DNA of 27,824 nt, counting the filler, from a bacterium (GTDB taxonomy: Bacteria; UBA9089; CG2-30-40-21; SBAY01), in the NCBI GenBank assembly GCA_040757115.1. It is 2 parts of 2 records of this genome, joined end to end, with 100 filler letters (N's around TTAATTAATTAA, not from the genome) between each part and the next. Parts side by side here need not be neighbours in the genome. Positions count along the whole stretch, not along the records: positions 1 to 13,886 come from JBFLYA010000098.1; 1 more part is not named here. One strand, written 5' to 3'. Position numbers and translations under genes: made by a program. Shown here one piece after another: positions 1 to 7,414 of the stretch; positions within the stretch are counted from its first letter, which is position 1; each line of letters opens with the position of its first letter. The notes beneath the pieces are model-generated. The model saw only the letters and a list, made by a program, of their open reading frames with translations. It was not told the DNA's origin and did no database searches.

Positions 1-78
1 AAGCAGTCCTGGTCCAAGTTCCTTATGCACCGCAACCGCAACATCAACTATGATTTTCCCGATTTCATTTTCATTCAT
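1..78 (-). CDS. GxxExxY family protein, 5' end only (runs off window); cassette gene
   Basis: Manual translation from ATG at 78: MNENEIGKIIVDVAVAVHKELGPGLL, the typical N-terminus leading into the GPGLLExxY motif; preceded by CACAGAGAC/CGCAAAGGA/CACAAAG nonamer-like repeats. Confidence 0.85.
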   Translation of the reverse strand, partial: MNENEIGKIIVDVAVAVHKELGPGLL

Positions 79-117
79 CTTTGTGTCCTTTGCGTCTCTG
101 TGTGAGTATTTTTATTA

Positions 118-256
118 TTCTAACGATAGAGCTCACCTGCCCAGCCCTTTTAGCAGATTTACTACCTAACAACGATTTAACGACTCGTAGACATATAATC
201 TTTCTGCTTTAATGACTCAGCAAAAGGGCTGGGTCAGGTGCAGCGATTTGTTAGCA
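118..256 (-). repeat. attC site (139 bp variant)
   Basis: Plus strand TTCTAAC-GATAGAGCTCACCTGCCCAGCCCTTTTAGC...GCAAAAGGGCTGGGTCAGGTGCAGCGATTT-GTTAGCA; immediately follows the stop of ORF 260-553. Confidence 0.88.
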
Positions 257-259
257 CAA

Positions 260-553
260 CTAATCGTGCTTTTGTTTCATGCGGTCGATCAGCTTCCCGT
301 TCTTCTGTTCGATCAGAAGAAGAGGGAACAGAATCTCCCGCCAGTCCTCAATGGTTCCATTGACACCAGCGACTTCCAATCCATCATCGGCGTACCATAT
401 CTCAAATTTCTGCTCACAGCATCCACACTTGAGCAGATACCGGGGAGTCTTCTTTCCTGTACCCTTCTTGTGGTACACCCGGATTTGCGGCTGGCTGAAT
501 CGGGATGTGTCGTAGAACCGATTGGTTCGTTTTGGGATTTGCTGCTTCATCAT
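260..553 (-). CDS. hypothetical cassette protein with CGCC motif
   Basis: 97-aa ORF exactly filling the space between two attC sites; AAGGT upstream. Confidence 0.75.
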   Translation of the reverse strand: MMKQQIPKRTNRFYDTSRFSQPQIRVYHKKGTGKKTPRYLLKCGCCEQKFEIWYADDGLEVAGVNGTIEDWREILFPLLLIEQKNGKLIDRMKQKHD

Positions 554-569
554 TTCATTATTACCTTCG

Positions 570-701
570 GGCTAACGATAAAGTTCAGGTGCGGCGGGGA
601 GAATTACCACAAAAGTTTGATAGCAAGATAAAACTTTGAGAGACCACAAAACTCTGACCACGGCACAGTCCCCCGCCGTCAACTGCAACGCAGGGTTAGA
701 C
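570..701 (-). repeat. attC site (132 bp family), followed on + by conserved ~90-bp tail 702-790
   Basis: GGCTAAC...GTTAGAC with GCGGCGGGGA/TCCCCCGCCG arms; near-identical to 7 other copies. Confidence 0.92.
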
Positions 702-812
702 AAAAGCTTTGATTCGCTGTCTTTTCCTTTTCCTCTGCCTCACCGAATTATTGTGCATTCCACATTCAGGTCTGACCCCCAAAAATTTCTACTACGATAA
801 CAACATATTTCT

Positions 813-1061
813 TTAGTTCAACCCAAGATGTTGTCTGACTTGAGCAAGTGTAGAGGTCATCATTTCTTGGGAGCGTTTATCTAAAAATGCCATTAACTCT
901 GCATTCTCCCTGATAAGTTGTATCTCTCGATCCATGTCATCCACTTCGGCTATTAAAAATTCTCGCCCCTCTGATGTTCGGACAATAAGGTTTTCATGAC
1001 TGGCAATGGTGAGAACATCAGGAAAACTTAATTTCTCTCTTGATAATTCAATGGTTTTCAT
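813..1061 (-). CDS. putative antitoxin (Phd/YefM-like), partner of RelE toxin
   Basis: 82 aa, 4-bp overlap with toxin stop, acidic C-terminus ending TLAQVRQHLGL. Confidence 0.7.
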   Translation of the reverse strand: MKTIELSREKLSFPDVLTIASHENLIVRTSEGREFLIAEVDDMDREIQLIRENAELMAFLDKRSQEMMTSTLAQVRQHLGLN

Positions 1062-1351
1062 AAATGAAACTCCTTTCCTCGAAAGAATAGTTGATTATGA
1101 ACTTTATAACCAACCGCTTTAATCTTCACAGTGAACGTATCTTCATCAACATCATAGAAAACTCGATATTCCCCAATCCGAAGTTCCCATCGTGAAAGAT
1201 CATTGGGAACTAAGGCCTTGCGATTTTTGGTTTCTGTCGTTGGTTCCCATATTAACTGGTTTTCAATCGTATCAAGAATAGTCTTTTGCTCATGTTTTCT
1301 AAAATACCGCAAATCTTCTTCTGCTCTTACAGTAATTTTGATCTCAAACAT
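1058..1351 (-). CDS. type II toxin, RelE/ParE family
   Basis: 97 aa with WELRIGEYRVFYDVDE...VKIKAVGYK RelE signature. Confidence 0.9.
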   Translation of the reverse strand: MFEIKITVRAEEDLRYFRKHEQKTILDTIENQLIWEPTTETKNRKALVPNDLSRWELRIGEYRVFYDVDEDTFTVKIKAVGYKVHNQLFFRGKEFHL

Positions 1352-1470
1352 TTGTCAATCCTGTATGCTATGGTTAATTTTTTCGTAGATTACCAAGAGG
1401 TTCTCATATTGTATTCTCAATTTTATCCAAGAAGATAAACATGTTTATGCTTCTGTGGATACGGTCACAC

Positions 1471-1602
1471 ACCTAACGATAAAGTTCAGGTGCGGCGGGG
1501 AGGATTGCCACAAAAGTTTGATAACAAGACAAAACTTTGATAAACCACAAAACTCTGACCACGGCACAGTCCCCCGCCGTCAACTGCAACGCAGGGTTAG
1601 AC
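1471..1602 (-). repeat. attC site (132 bp family) with tail 1603-1692
   Basis: ACCTAAC...GTTAGAC, family copy. Confidence 0.92.
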
Positions 1603-1703
1603 AAAAGCTTTGATTCGCTGTCTTTTCCTTTTTCTCTGCCTCACCGAATTATTGTGCATTCCACATTCACGGTTTGACCCTAAAATATCTCCTTTTTATT
1701 TTC

Positions 1704-1777
1704 TCACACAAAGCCACAAAGAACACAAAGGTTTATTGTTTTATTCAATTCCTTTGTGACTTTGTGTCTCTGTGTGA
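1704..1777. repeat. inverted nonamer-array hairpin (empty GxxExxY-type element) in an ORF-less cassette
   Basis: TCACACAAAGCCACAAAGAACACAAAGG...CCTTTGTGACTTTGTGTCTCTGTGTGA; second copy at 13790-13863; right arm matches 79-106 upstream of the GxxExxY gene. Confidence 0.8.
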
Positions 1778-1789
1778 TTATTTTTATTA

Positions 1790-1808
1790 GTCTAACCTTA
1801 GATTATAC
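1790..1808 (-). other. attI-like simple recombination site
   Basis: Minus strand GTATAAT-CTAAG-GTTAGAC (degenerate inverted L box, 5-bp spacer, GTTRRRY R box), located where the attC of the creD-like gene should be. Confidence 0.5.
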
Positions 1809-1817
1809 TGCCCATTA

Positions 1818-3047
1818 TTATTTGTTACTGATAAGTTGTTTTTCCCAGTCAATTCGACCAGTAAATTGCATTACTACAAACAATGTTAAGATACAACAGA
1901 TAGTTATTGCTAATCCTGTAAATCCTTCAAGAAAGAAAGCATACGAAAAAAGCACCAAATATACGAATTGTGAAAGACCTGTCTCTAAAAGAGCAAAGCG
2001 CACTCCTACTACAAGCCGCATGTAGGAGATTACCAAGAATATTGAAACTGCTGAGCAAATTACAAAAGCCAAGTGAATATCAATGTGATCTACTAAATAT
2101 GCCAAAAGCAGGTGGAAACTAAAAAATGCCGCTGAAATGAAGAAATAATTCATTGGATGGATATTGATTTTCTTCACTACTGTAATTATGAAGATCAAAA
2201 ATAAGAAGAGGAAAAGAGAAACTGGTGCAAAGAAACTGACTCTACTGACAAAGGGACCCGGATTCAACCTCTGGGGCATATCCATACCGATTTGAATACC
2301 CGAGATTAAATTAGAATATCGCCAGGTAAGTTCCCAACCTTTGTCTTTTCTCTCCTTTTTTGTTGGAGAAATGCTATTCTCTGGAAAATCAATCTTATCA
2401 AAGTTTGTTATCATTGTCAGCTTGAAATTTTGAATCTGGGAAACATCAGCTCCAAAAAGATACCACCACTCATCCATTCCCTGCGATTCATAAGTAATTT
2501 CGATCTTTTTTGCTTCGCCTGAACCAAAGTTTAATTTCTTCAATATTTTTCCTGAAGTTGGTTGAAGCTCTTTAATCTTTTTTCCATCAACAATAAAGCA
2601 AAAATTGTCATAGATACCTTCTTTAGTAGGAAAGGTATAGTCAAAGAAAATATCACGATTCTCTTTAGCAGTATTTATAATCTGATACTTCCCAGAGTAT
2701 CCAATTTGATATGTCGAATACCAAAGCAATCCCTTTCTTCGGTGATCGAGTTTAAAATTTACTGTAATATCGCTACTCTCAAGGGTAATGGGATGATCTG
2801 TTGTTTCTACCTTTGTCTCTATAATTGTTTCAGTTCCCCGAGTCGTTTTAACCTTCTTCTCACTTCTTGTTTGGTAGTATACATAGGGTGCCTGCTGCGT
2901 TTGAATAGTTCCCCATAATTGTCCAACTGCTCCTTTTAGCTTTACATCCTGTCTGTGAGTCCGCAAGTTGGTAACATTACCTAAAATAATCCAGGCTATG
3001 CTTGTGCAGATAAAGATAAAGATAATCGCTTTAATATGTTTCCACAT
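1818..3047 (-). CDS. creD: inner membrane CreD-family protein
   Basis: 409 aa; N-terminal TM, WG..Q motif, periplasmic domain, then about 6 TMs with IHPMNY...FHLLLAYL...LSQFVYLVLF pattern typical of CreD; RBS AAGGAGG. Confidence 0.75.
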   Translation of the reverse strand: MWKHIKAIIFIFICTSIAWIILGNVTNLRTHRQDVKLKGAVGQLWGTIQTQQAPYVYYQTRSEKKVKTTRGTETIIETKVETTDHPITLESSDITVNFKLDHRRKGLLWYSTYQIGYSGKYQIINTAKENRDIFFDYTFPTKEGIYDNFCFIVDGKKIKELQPTSGKILKKLNFGSGEAKKIEITYESQGMDEWWYLFGADVSQIQNFKLTMITNFDKIDFPENSISPTKKERKDKGWELTWRYSNLISGIQIGMDMPQRLNPGPFVSRVSFFAPVSLFLFLFLIFIITVVKKINIHPMNYFFISAAFFSFHLLLAYLVDHIDIHLAFVICSAVSIFLVISYMRLVVGVRFALLETGLSQFVYLVLFSYAFFLEGFTGLAITICCILTLFVVMQFTGRIDWEKQLISNK

Positions 3048-3096
3048 CTTGTATCCCTCCTTATATTCTCCGATTATTCAGATACTTTCTTTAGTA

Positions 3097-3228
3097 GCCT
3101 AACGATAAAGTTCAGGTGCGGCGGGAAGAATTACCACAAAAGTTTGATAGCAAGATAAAACTTTGAGAGACCACAAAACTCTGACCACGGCACAGTCCCC
3201 CGCCGTCAACTGCAACGCAGGGTTAGAC
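3097..3228 (-). repeat. attC site (132 bp family) with tail 3229-3317
   Basis: GCCTAAC...GTTAGAC, family copy. Confidence 0.92.
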
Positions 3229-3368
3229 AAAAACTCTGATTCGCTGTCTTTTCCTTTTCCTCTGCCTCACCGAATTATTGTGCATTCCACATTCACGGTT
3301 TGACCCTAATATCTCCCTATCTTTATTTATCCAAGAGGCTTCTTCATATCGCTACGTTTCTATGTGTC

Positions 3369-3388
3369 GTCTAACATATAGATTATAC
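3369..3388 (-). other. second attI-like simple site
   Basis: Minus strand GTATAAT-CTATAT-GTTAGAC, same boxes as 1790-1808 with a 6-bp spacer. Confidence 0.5.
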
Positions 3389-3435
3389 AGTTTTTCTCTA
3401 CTTTATCTCATCTGAATCAAAAAGTCAAGTAAATG

Positions 3436-3464
3436 TTGACAAAAAATAATAAATTTTGTATAAT
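3436..3464 (+). promoter_or_regulatory. sigma70 consensus promoter facing against the array
   Basis: TTGACA-17 bp-TATAAT, perfect consensus; a weaker divergent TTGACT-17-TAAAGT lies on the minus strand at 3428-3400. Confidence 0.75.
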
Positions 3465-3612
3465 TCTAACTGGCTAATCATACTTTTAGGATATTATCCA
3501 GAAAAGAGGATAACTCTGCATATTTAATATCATAAGGGATGTATTGTCCCAATATAGTTTAATCCCTCTTACCCTGATTCTACTTTCCTATCAGGTTAGG
3601 CTTTATCTATGT

Positions 3613-3849
3613 CTATAGTTTATCATATTCTTCTGGTTCAATGTTTGGGATGTGTGATAATGCTTCTTTAAACTTTTTCTTATTCGCCCTCCCTGCGCGT
3701 TCTTCCAGATAGTTTTGAGTAGCAAATGCAGATATTTTTTCTGCTGTTGCACTTGAGATAAACTGGTCTATTGAAATTCCTTCTTTTCTAACTATTTCCT
3801 CCACTTGCTGATACAATGAATCAGGCAGTCTTACACTAACCGCACTCAT
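3613..3849 (-). CDS. RHH/CopG-type antitoxin
   Basis: 78 aa, MSAVSVRLPDSLYQQV...EGISIDQFI RHH pattern; coupled to PIN gene. Confidence 0.85.
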   Translation of the reverse strand: MSAVSVRLPDSLYQQVEEIVRKEGISIDQFISSATAEKISAFATQNYLEERAGRANKKKFKEALSHIPNIEPEEYDKL

Positions 3850-4274
3850 TATTCTAACCCTCCTATCTTCTCTAAAAACTCTTTTGGTGTTAATACTTGA
3901 ATACCAAATTTTCCAATACCCTTAAAGTCTTTTTTATTATATGTGATAATGTATTCGCTTTGAGATTCAATGGCTAATTCTAATACCATATCATCTTTTA
4001 TATCTTTTAAGTAAGGTCTCCACAAGAAGAATATTTTACACTTGTTGGAGATATTACAAATCATATCTATAATTGCATCAATTTGCTCATTAGTTAATTT
4101 AGTTTCCCTTTTTGCTACACTTTCATATTCAAAAATCAAGGGAGTAGAGATATTTTGTTCAAACTTATCTCTGCTGATTTCAAAAAGTAGCTTATACGAC
4201 GCTCCTCGTTTGGAAAGTAAAGCCGCTACAAATACATTTGTATCTATGACTACTTTGTGCTTGTAATGTTTCAT
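3849..4274 (-). CDS. PIN-domain toxin (putative TA toxin, PIN family)
   Basis: VVIDTNVFVAAL, EYE, DxKDDMVLELA, IITYNKKDF PIN motifs. Confidence 0.92.
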   Translation of the reverse strand: MKHYKHKVVIDTNVFVAALLSKRGASYKLLFEISRDKFEQNISTPLIFEYESVAKRETKLTNEQIDAIIDMICNISNKCKIFFLWRPYLKDIKDDMVLELAIESQSEYIITYNKKDFKGIGKFGIQVLTPKEFLEKIGGLE

Positions 4275-4280
4275 AATGAT

Positions 4281-4309
4281 ATTATAAATGATATTATTCC
4301 ACTTGTTAA
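4281..4309 (-). promoter_or_regulatory. cassette-internal promoter for PIN TA (probably leaderless mRNA)
   Basis: TTAACA-17-TATAAT, with the -10 ending 6 nt before ATG 4274 and no SD. Confidence 0.55.
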
Positions 4310-4344
4310 TCTACTTATCTGAGTTTATAAAGTTTTATTTTAGC

Positions 4345-4476
4345 CCCTAACGATAGAGCTCACCTGCTGCGGGGCGGATTACCACCAAACTTTGTAAACA
4401 AGATAAAAGCTTGAGATACCACAAAACTCTAATTACGGCACAGCCCCCCGCAGTCAGGTGCAGTGAATGGTTAGGT
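4345..4476 (-). repeat. attC site (132 bp, no tail)
   Basis: CCCTAAC...CACCTGCTGCGGGG...CCCCGCAGTCAGGTG...GTTAGGT; R'' overlaps the TAA of ORF 4471-4716. Confidence 0.92.
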
Positions 4477-4716
4477 TTTCTTACTTTCTAAGTATAAAGT
4501 ATCAGGACATAAATCTTGCCCATTCTTCCATTGAATACTGCCCAAAAATGGTTTAACAGAGTTAAATAAGTTAGCATTCGTTAATTCTTTAAATATCCCT
4601 TTGTCTAAATATGGCTTCACATCAAATACCTTAACTTCATCATTGGTAAAAGTTAAGGTTAATGTATAGTTAGAATTCGGTTTAACATCTTTAATTCTTG
4701 GATTCATGCTAATCAC
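4471..4716 (-). CDS. DUF2442 domain protein (putative antitoxin)
   Basis: VKP..NYTLTLTFTN...FDVKPYL...GSIQWKNGQDLCPDTLY. Confidence 0.85.
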   Translation of the reverse strand: MISMNPRIKDVKPNSNYTLTLTFTNDEVKVFDVKPYLDKGIFKELTNANLFNSVKPFLGSIQWKNGQDLCPDTLYLESKKT

Positions 4717-4718
4717 CC

Positions 4719-4988
4719 CTATTTTAGTGGATCTATCTTGAAGACATTCTCGCCACTACTGGCAAGTTCCCAATCAGCCATCAATTCTTCTTTATGTATT
4801 TCAAGCCATGCCTGAACCAGTTTCATCTTGCTTGATTTAATCTTGCCTTCTAACACTTTACCATCTGGAATTGAAAGAATAGTTTCTTGAGCCTGATACT
4901 TGACATGAACATGAGGCATCTGATGTTTTCTTTTGTCGAAATAATACATCGAGATAATGATACCATAAAACATTGCAATTACTGCCAT
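4719..4988 (-). CDS. DUF4160 domain protein (putative toxin)
   Basis: IAMFYGIIISMY...PHVHVKY...LVQAWLEIHKEELMADW...FKIDPLK; RBS AGGAGG. Confidence 0.88.
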   Translation of the reverse strand: MAVIAMFYGIIISMYYFDKRKHQMPHVHVKYQAQETILSIPDGKVLEGKIKSSKMKLVQAWLEIHKEELMADWELASSGENVFKIDPLK

Positions 4989-5020
4989 CTTTTACCTCCT
5001 TTTGCTTAATTTCTCTCTGA

Positions 5021-5152
5021 ACCTAACGATAAAGTTCAGCGGCGGCGGGGAGGATTGCCACAAAAGTTTGATAGCAAGATAAAACCTTGAGAGACCACAA
5101 AACTTTGACCACGGCACAGCCCCCCGCCGTCAACTGCAACGCAGGGTTAGAC
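5021..5152 (-). repeat. attC site (132 bp family) with tail 5153-5243
   Basis: ACCTAAC...GTTAGAC, family copy. Confidence 0.92.
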
Positions 5153-5302
5153 AAAAGCTTTGATTCGCTGCCTTTTCCTTTTCCTCTGCCTCACCGAATT
5201 ATTGTGCATTCCACATTCACGGTTTGACCGTAATATCTCCCCCAATTCAAGATGCGACCCTCTATTGCCCTCCTACTCTATTGCCCTATTGCCCCGACCT
5301 TA

Positions 5303-6182
5303 CTATTGCCCCCTTGAAGTCAGTTGTTGCAACACTGAAAATGCTCGTTGTGCATCATTGTCATTTGGGTTTTTCTCAAGAATATCTTTTGCGAGAAGCA
5401 ACCCATCTTCAATTTTCCCTTGACCTGCGAGTGCCAATGCAAGGAACAATGATACATTTTTGTCATTTCCATATTTAGATAAATACTCTTGACACAGAGA
5501 TTCGCATTTTGAATACTTCTTTTTGTTAATACTTTCTGCGATTAGAGAGGGTATGACTTTTTTCGCATATTCTGTCTCTTTTGCCTCTAGCTCTTCCAGA
5601 TCCGCATCGGTTATTCCAAATGGTGCGAGCTTTTCCTCATCCAGATTCTCGCGAGCTATCATTGCGCCAAGTGTAAATAGATTGACATATTTGAGAAAAT
5701 TGCCCAAGCTGTCCGGCTGTATGACGCCTATAATTGTCAAGGAAGAGCTCAATAGAAAAACTAAAACCACCAAACAGGGGTATTCCTTCAATAACTGCTA
5801 AACAGAGCAATTTAAAGCAGCAGTCGGGGAGCCTTCTCTTGTTAACAAAATCCCAAATTATGGGGAGAAAAATCCATATTAGAAAATAAGGTGTTACCGA
5901 GAAAAAGAGCTTGCCTGCTGTTGCCCAAGAACTTAACAATCCAATTCCATCTTCTAAAGGCAAGAACGGAACTAACCTCGCAGTATGAAAAGAAAGGAAT
6001 GAGTCAGCTCTTTTGAAAAACTGCCAGCCGAAAAACCCGAAAATTTGAACCAAAGTGGTTAACCCCAATGCAAACACAAAAAGTTTTGCAACTATTCCCA
6101 CAGTAAGTAAGATCGGCTCAAAAAATTTCCACCTACTAAATGCAGACATGAAAAGGAAGATCGGTCGAAAAAATTTCTTCAT
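5303..6182 (-). pseudogene. probable single frameshifted gene: membrane protein with C-terminal TPR-like repeat (ORFs 5637-6182 and 5303-5791)
   Basis: Two ORFs overlap by 155 bp inside one cassette; removing one T from the T run near 5756-5760 fuses them into ...IPLFGGFSF-LLSSSLTIIG...; C-terminus LALALAGQGKIEDG..AKDILEKNPNDNDA is TPR-like. Confidence 0.55.
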
Positions 6183-6205
6183 AATCTTCTCCTATTTGCC
6201 TTGGC

Positions 6206-6337
6206 GCCTAACGATAAAGTTCAGGTGCAGCGGGGAGAATTACCACAAAAGTTTGATAGCAAGATAAAACTTTGACAGGCCACAAAACTCTGACCACGGC
6301 ACAGTCCCCCGGCGTCAACTGCAACGCAAGGTTAGAC
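6206..6337 (-). repeat. attC site (132 bp family) with tail 6338-6427
   Basis: GCCTAAC...GTTAGAC, family copy. Confidence 0.92.
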
Positions 6338-6415
6338 AAAAGCTCTGATTCGCTGTCTTTTCCTTTTCCTCTGCCTCACCGAATTATTGTGCATTCCACA
6401 TTCACGGTTTGCCCC

Positions 6416-6808
6416 TCATATCTCCCCTCTTTTGTTATTATTTAGCTGGAGTTCTAAGTTCAAATTCCCCTCCAAATCCAGAAGCATCTTTTCAAATACT
6501 GGTCTAATTGGTGGCAACTCCTCTTTGACTGCTCTCCAAACTAAATCTGTTTTAACCCCAAAATATTCATGGATGAGTTTATCTCTCATACCTGCGATAT
6601 CCCGCCAGGGAATCTCTGGATATTTCTTTTTTGTTTCATTCGGTATGTTTTTGACTGCTTCGCCAATAATTTCTAAAGCCCTTATAACAGCAAAATTTGT
6701 TTTATCATCGCATAGGAATTCCTCATAAGGCATATTCCAGGTGAAACTTTCTGCTTTATTTATTGCTTCAATTATATCTTGAATATAATCACCAATTTCC
6801 CTTTTCAT
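6416..6808 (-). CDS. HepT-like HEPN ribonuclease toxin (DUF86)
   Basis: AVIRALEIIGEA...IPWRDIAGMRDKLIHEYFGV (Rx4H motif); stop codon lies inside the conserved attC tail. Confidence 0.92.
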   Translation of the reverse strand: MKREIGDYIQDIIEAINKAESFTWNMPYEEFLCDDKTNFAVIRALEIIGEAVKNIPNETKKKYPEIPWRDIAGMRDKLIHEYFGVKTDLVWRAVKEELPPIRPVFEKMLLDLEGNLNLELQLNNNKRGEI

Positions 6809-7104
6809 AGATACACTACTTCCTCTAATATATGCTTTCCTATCTTTGGCTTAAGGGAAGACCTCATTACTAAATCAACCTTTATTCTTAAAAGGTCACT
6901 TAAATAGTTTTCTAAATTTATAAATCTTAAAAGTCCAATCTTTGCATCATCATCAAAATCAACAAGAATATCCAAATCGCTTTTTTTTTGGTTTTCCCCT
7001 CTAACATAAGAGCCAAACATTCCTATTTGATTAACATTGTATCTTTTTTTTAATTCCCATTTATTATCTCTTAATATCTGCTCAATCTCTTCTATTTTTT
7101 TCAT
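6805..7104 (-). CDS. MntA-like minimal nucleotidyltransferase antitoxin
   Basis: FGSYVRGE..KSDLDILVDF...KVDLV; start moved from 7194 to ATG 7104, which has SD GAGGAGG. Confidence 0.92.
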   Translation of the reverse strand: MKKIEEIEQILRDNKWELKKRYNVNQIGMFGSYVRGENQKKSDLDILVDFDDDAKIGLLRFINLENYLSDLLRIKVDLVMRSSLKPKIGKHILEEVVYL

Positions 7105-7222
7105 CTGCTCCCTCCTCAAATTTTCGACGGTATTGTCAAAAGTTTCGGGTTGACTTTTCCTAAAAGATATGAGGGCATATCTTTTCATAAACATCTTTAT
7201 GCTTCTGTAGATGCGGTTACAC

Positions 7223-7414
7223 GCCTAACGATTGAGCTCACCTGCTGCGGGGAGGACTACCACTAACCTTTGTAAACAAGATAAAAGCTTGAGATACCAC
7301 AAAACTCTAATTCCGGCACAGCCCCCCGCAGTCCACTTCCGGGTAGAATCAGCGGTTACCCAACCAATCCCAGAGCTTCGGATTTAACTTGACACGAGCA
7401 ACGATTGGTTAGGA
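7223..7414 (-). repeat. attC site interrupted by a 60-bp insertion (7338-7397)
   Basis: 192 bp = 132-bp family length + 60; removing 7338-7397 restores GTCCACTGCAACG, matching GTCAACTGCAACG/GTCCGCTGCAACG of sister sites. Confidence 0.88.

Noticed and set aside
3464-3601. Canonical attC for the PIN cassette
   Set aside because: It has TAAC/GTTAG ends at a plausible distance, but the arms do not pair as L''/L' boxes; kept only as an open possibility in the findings.
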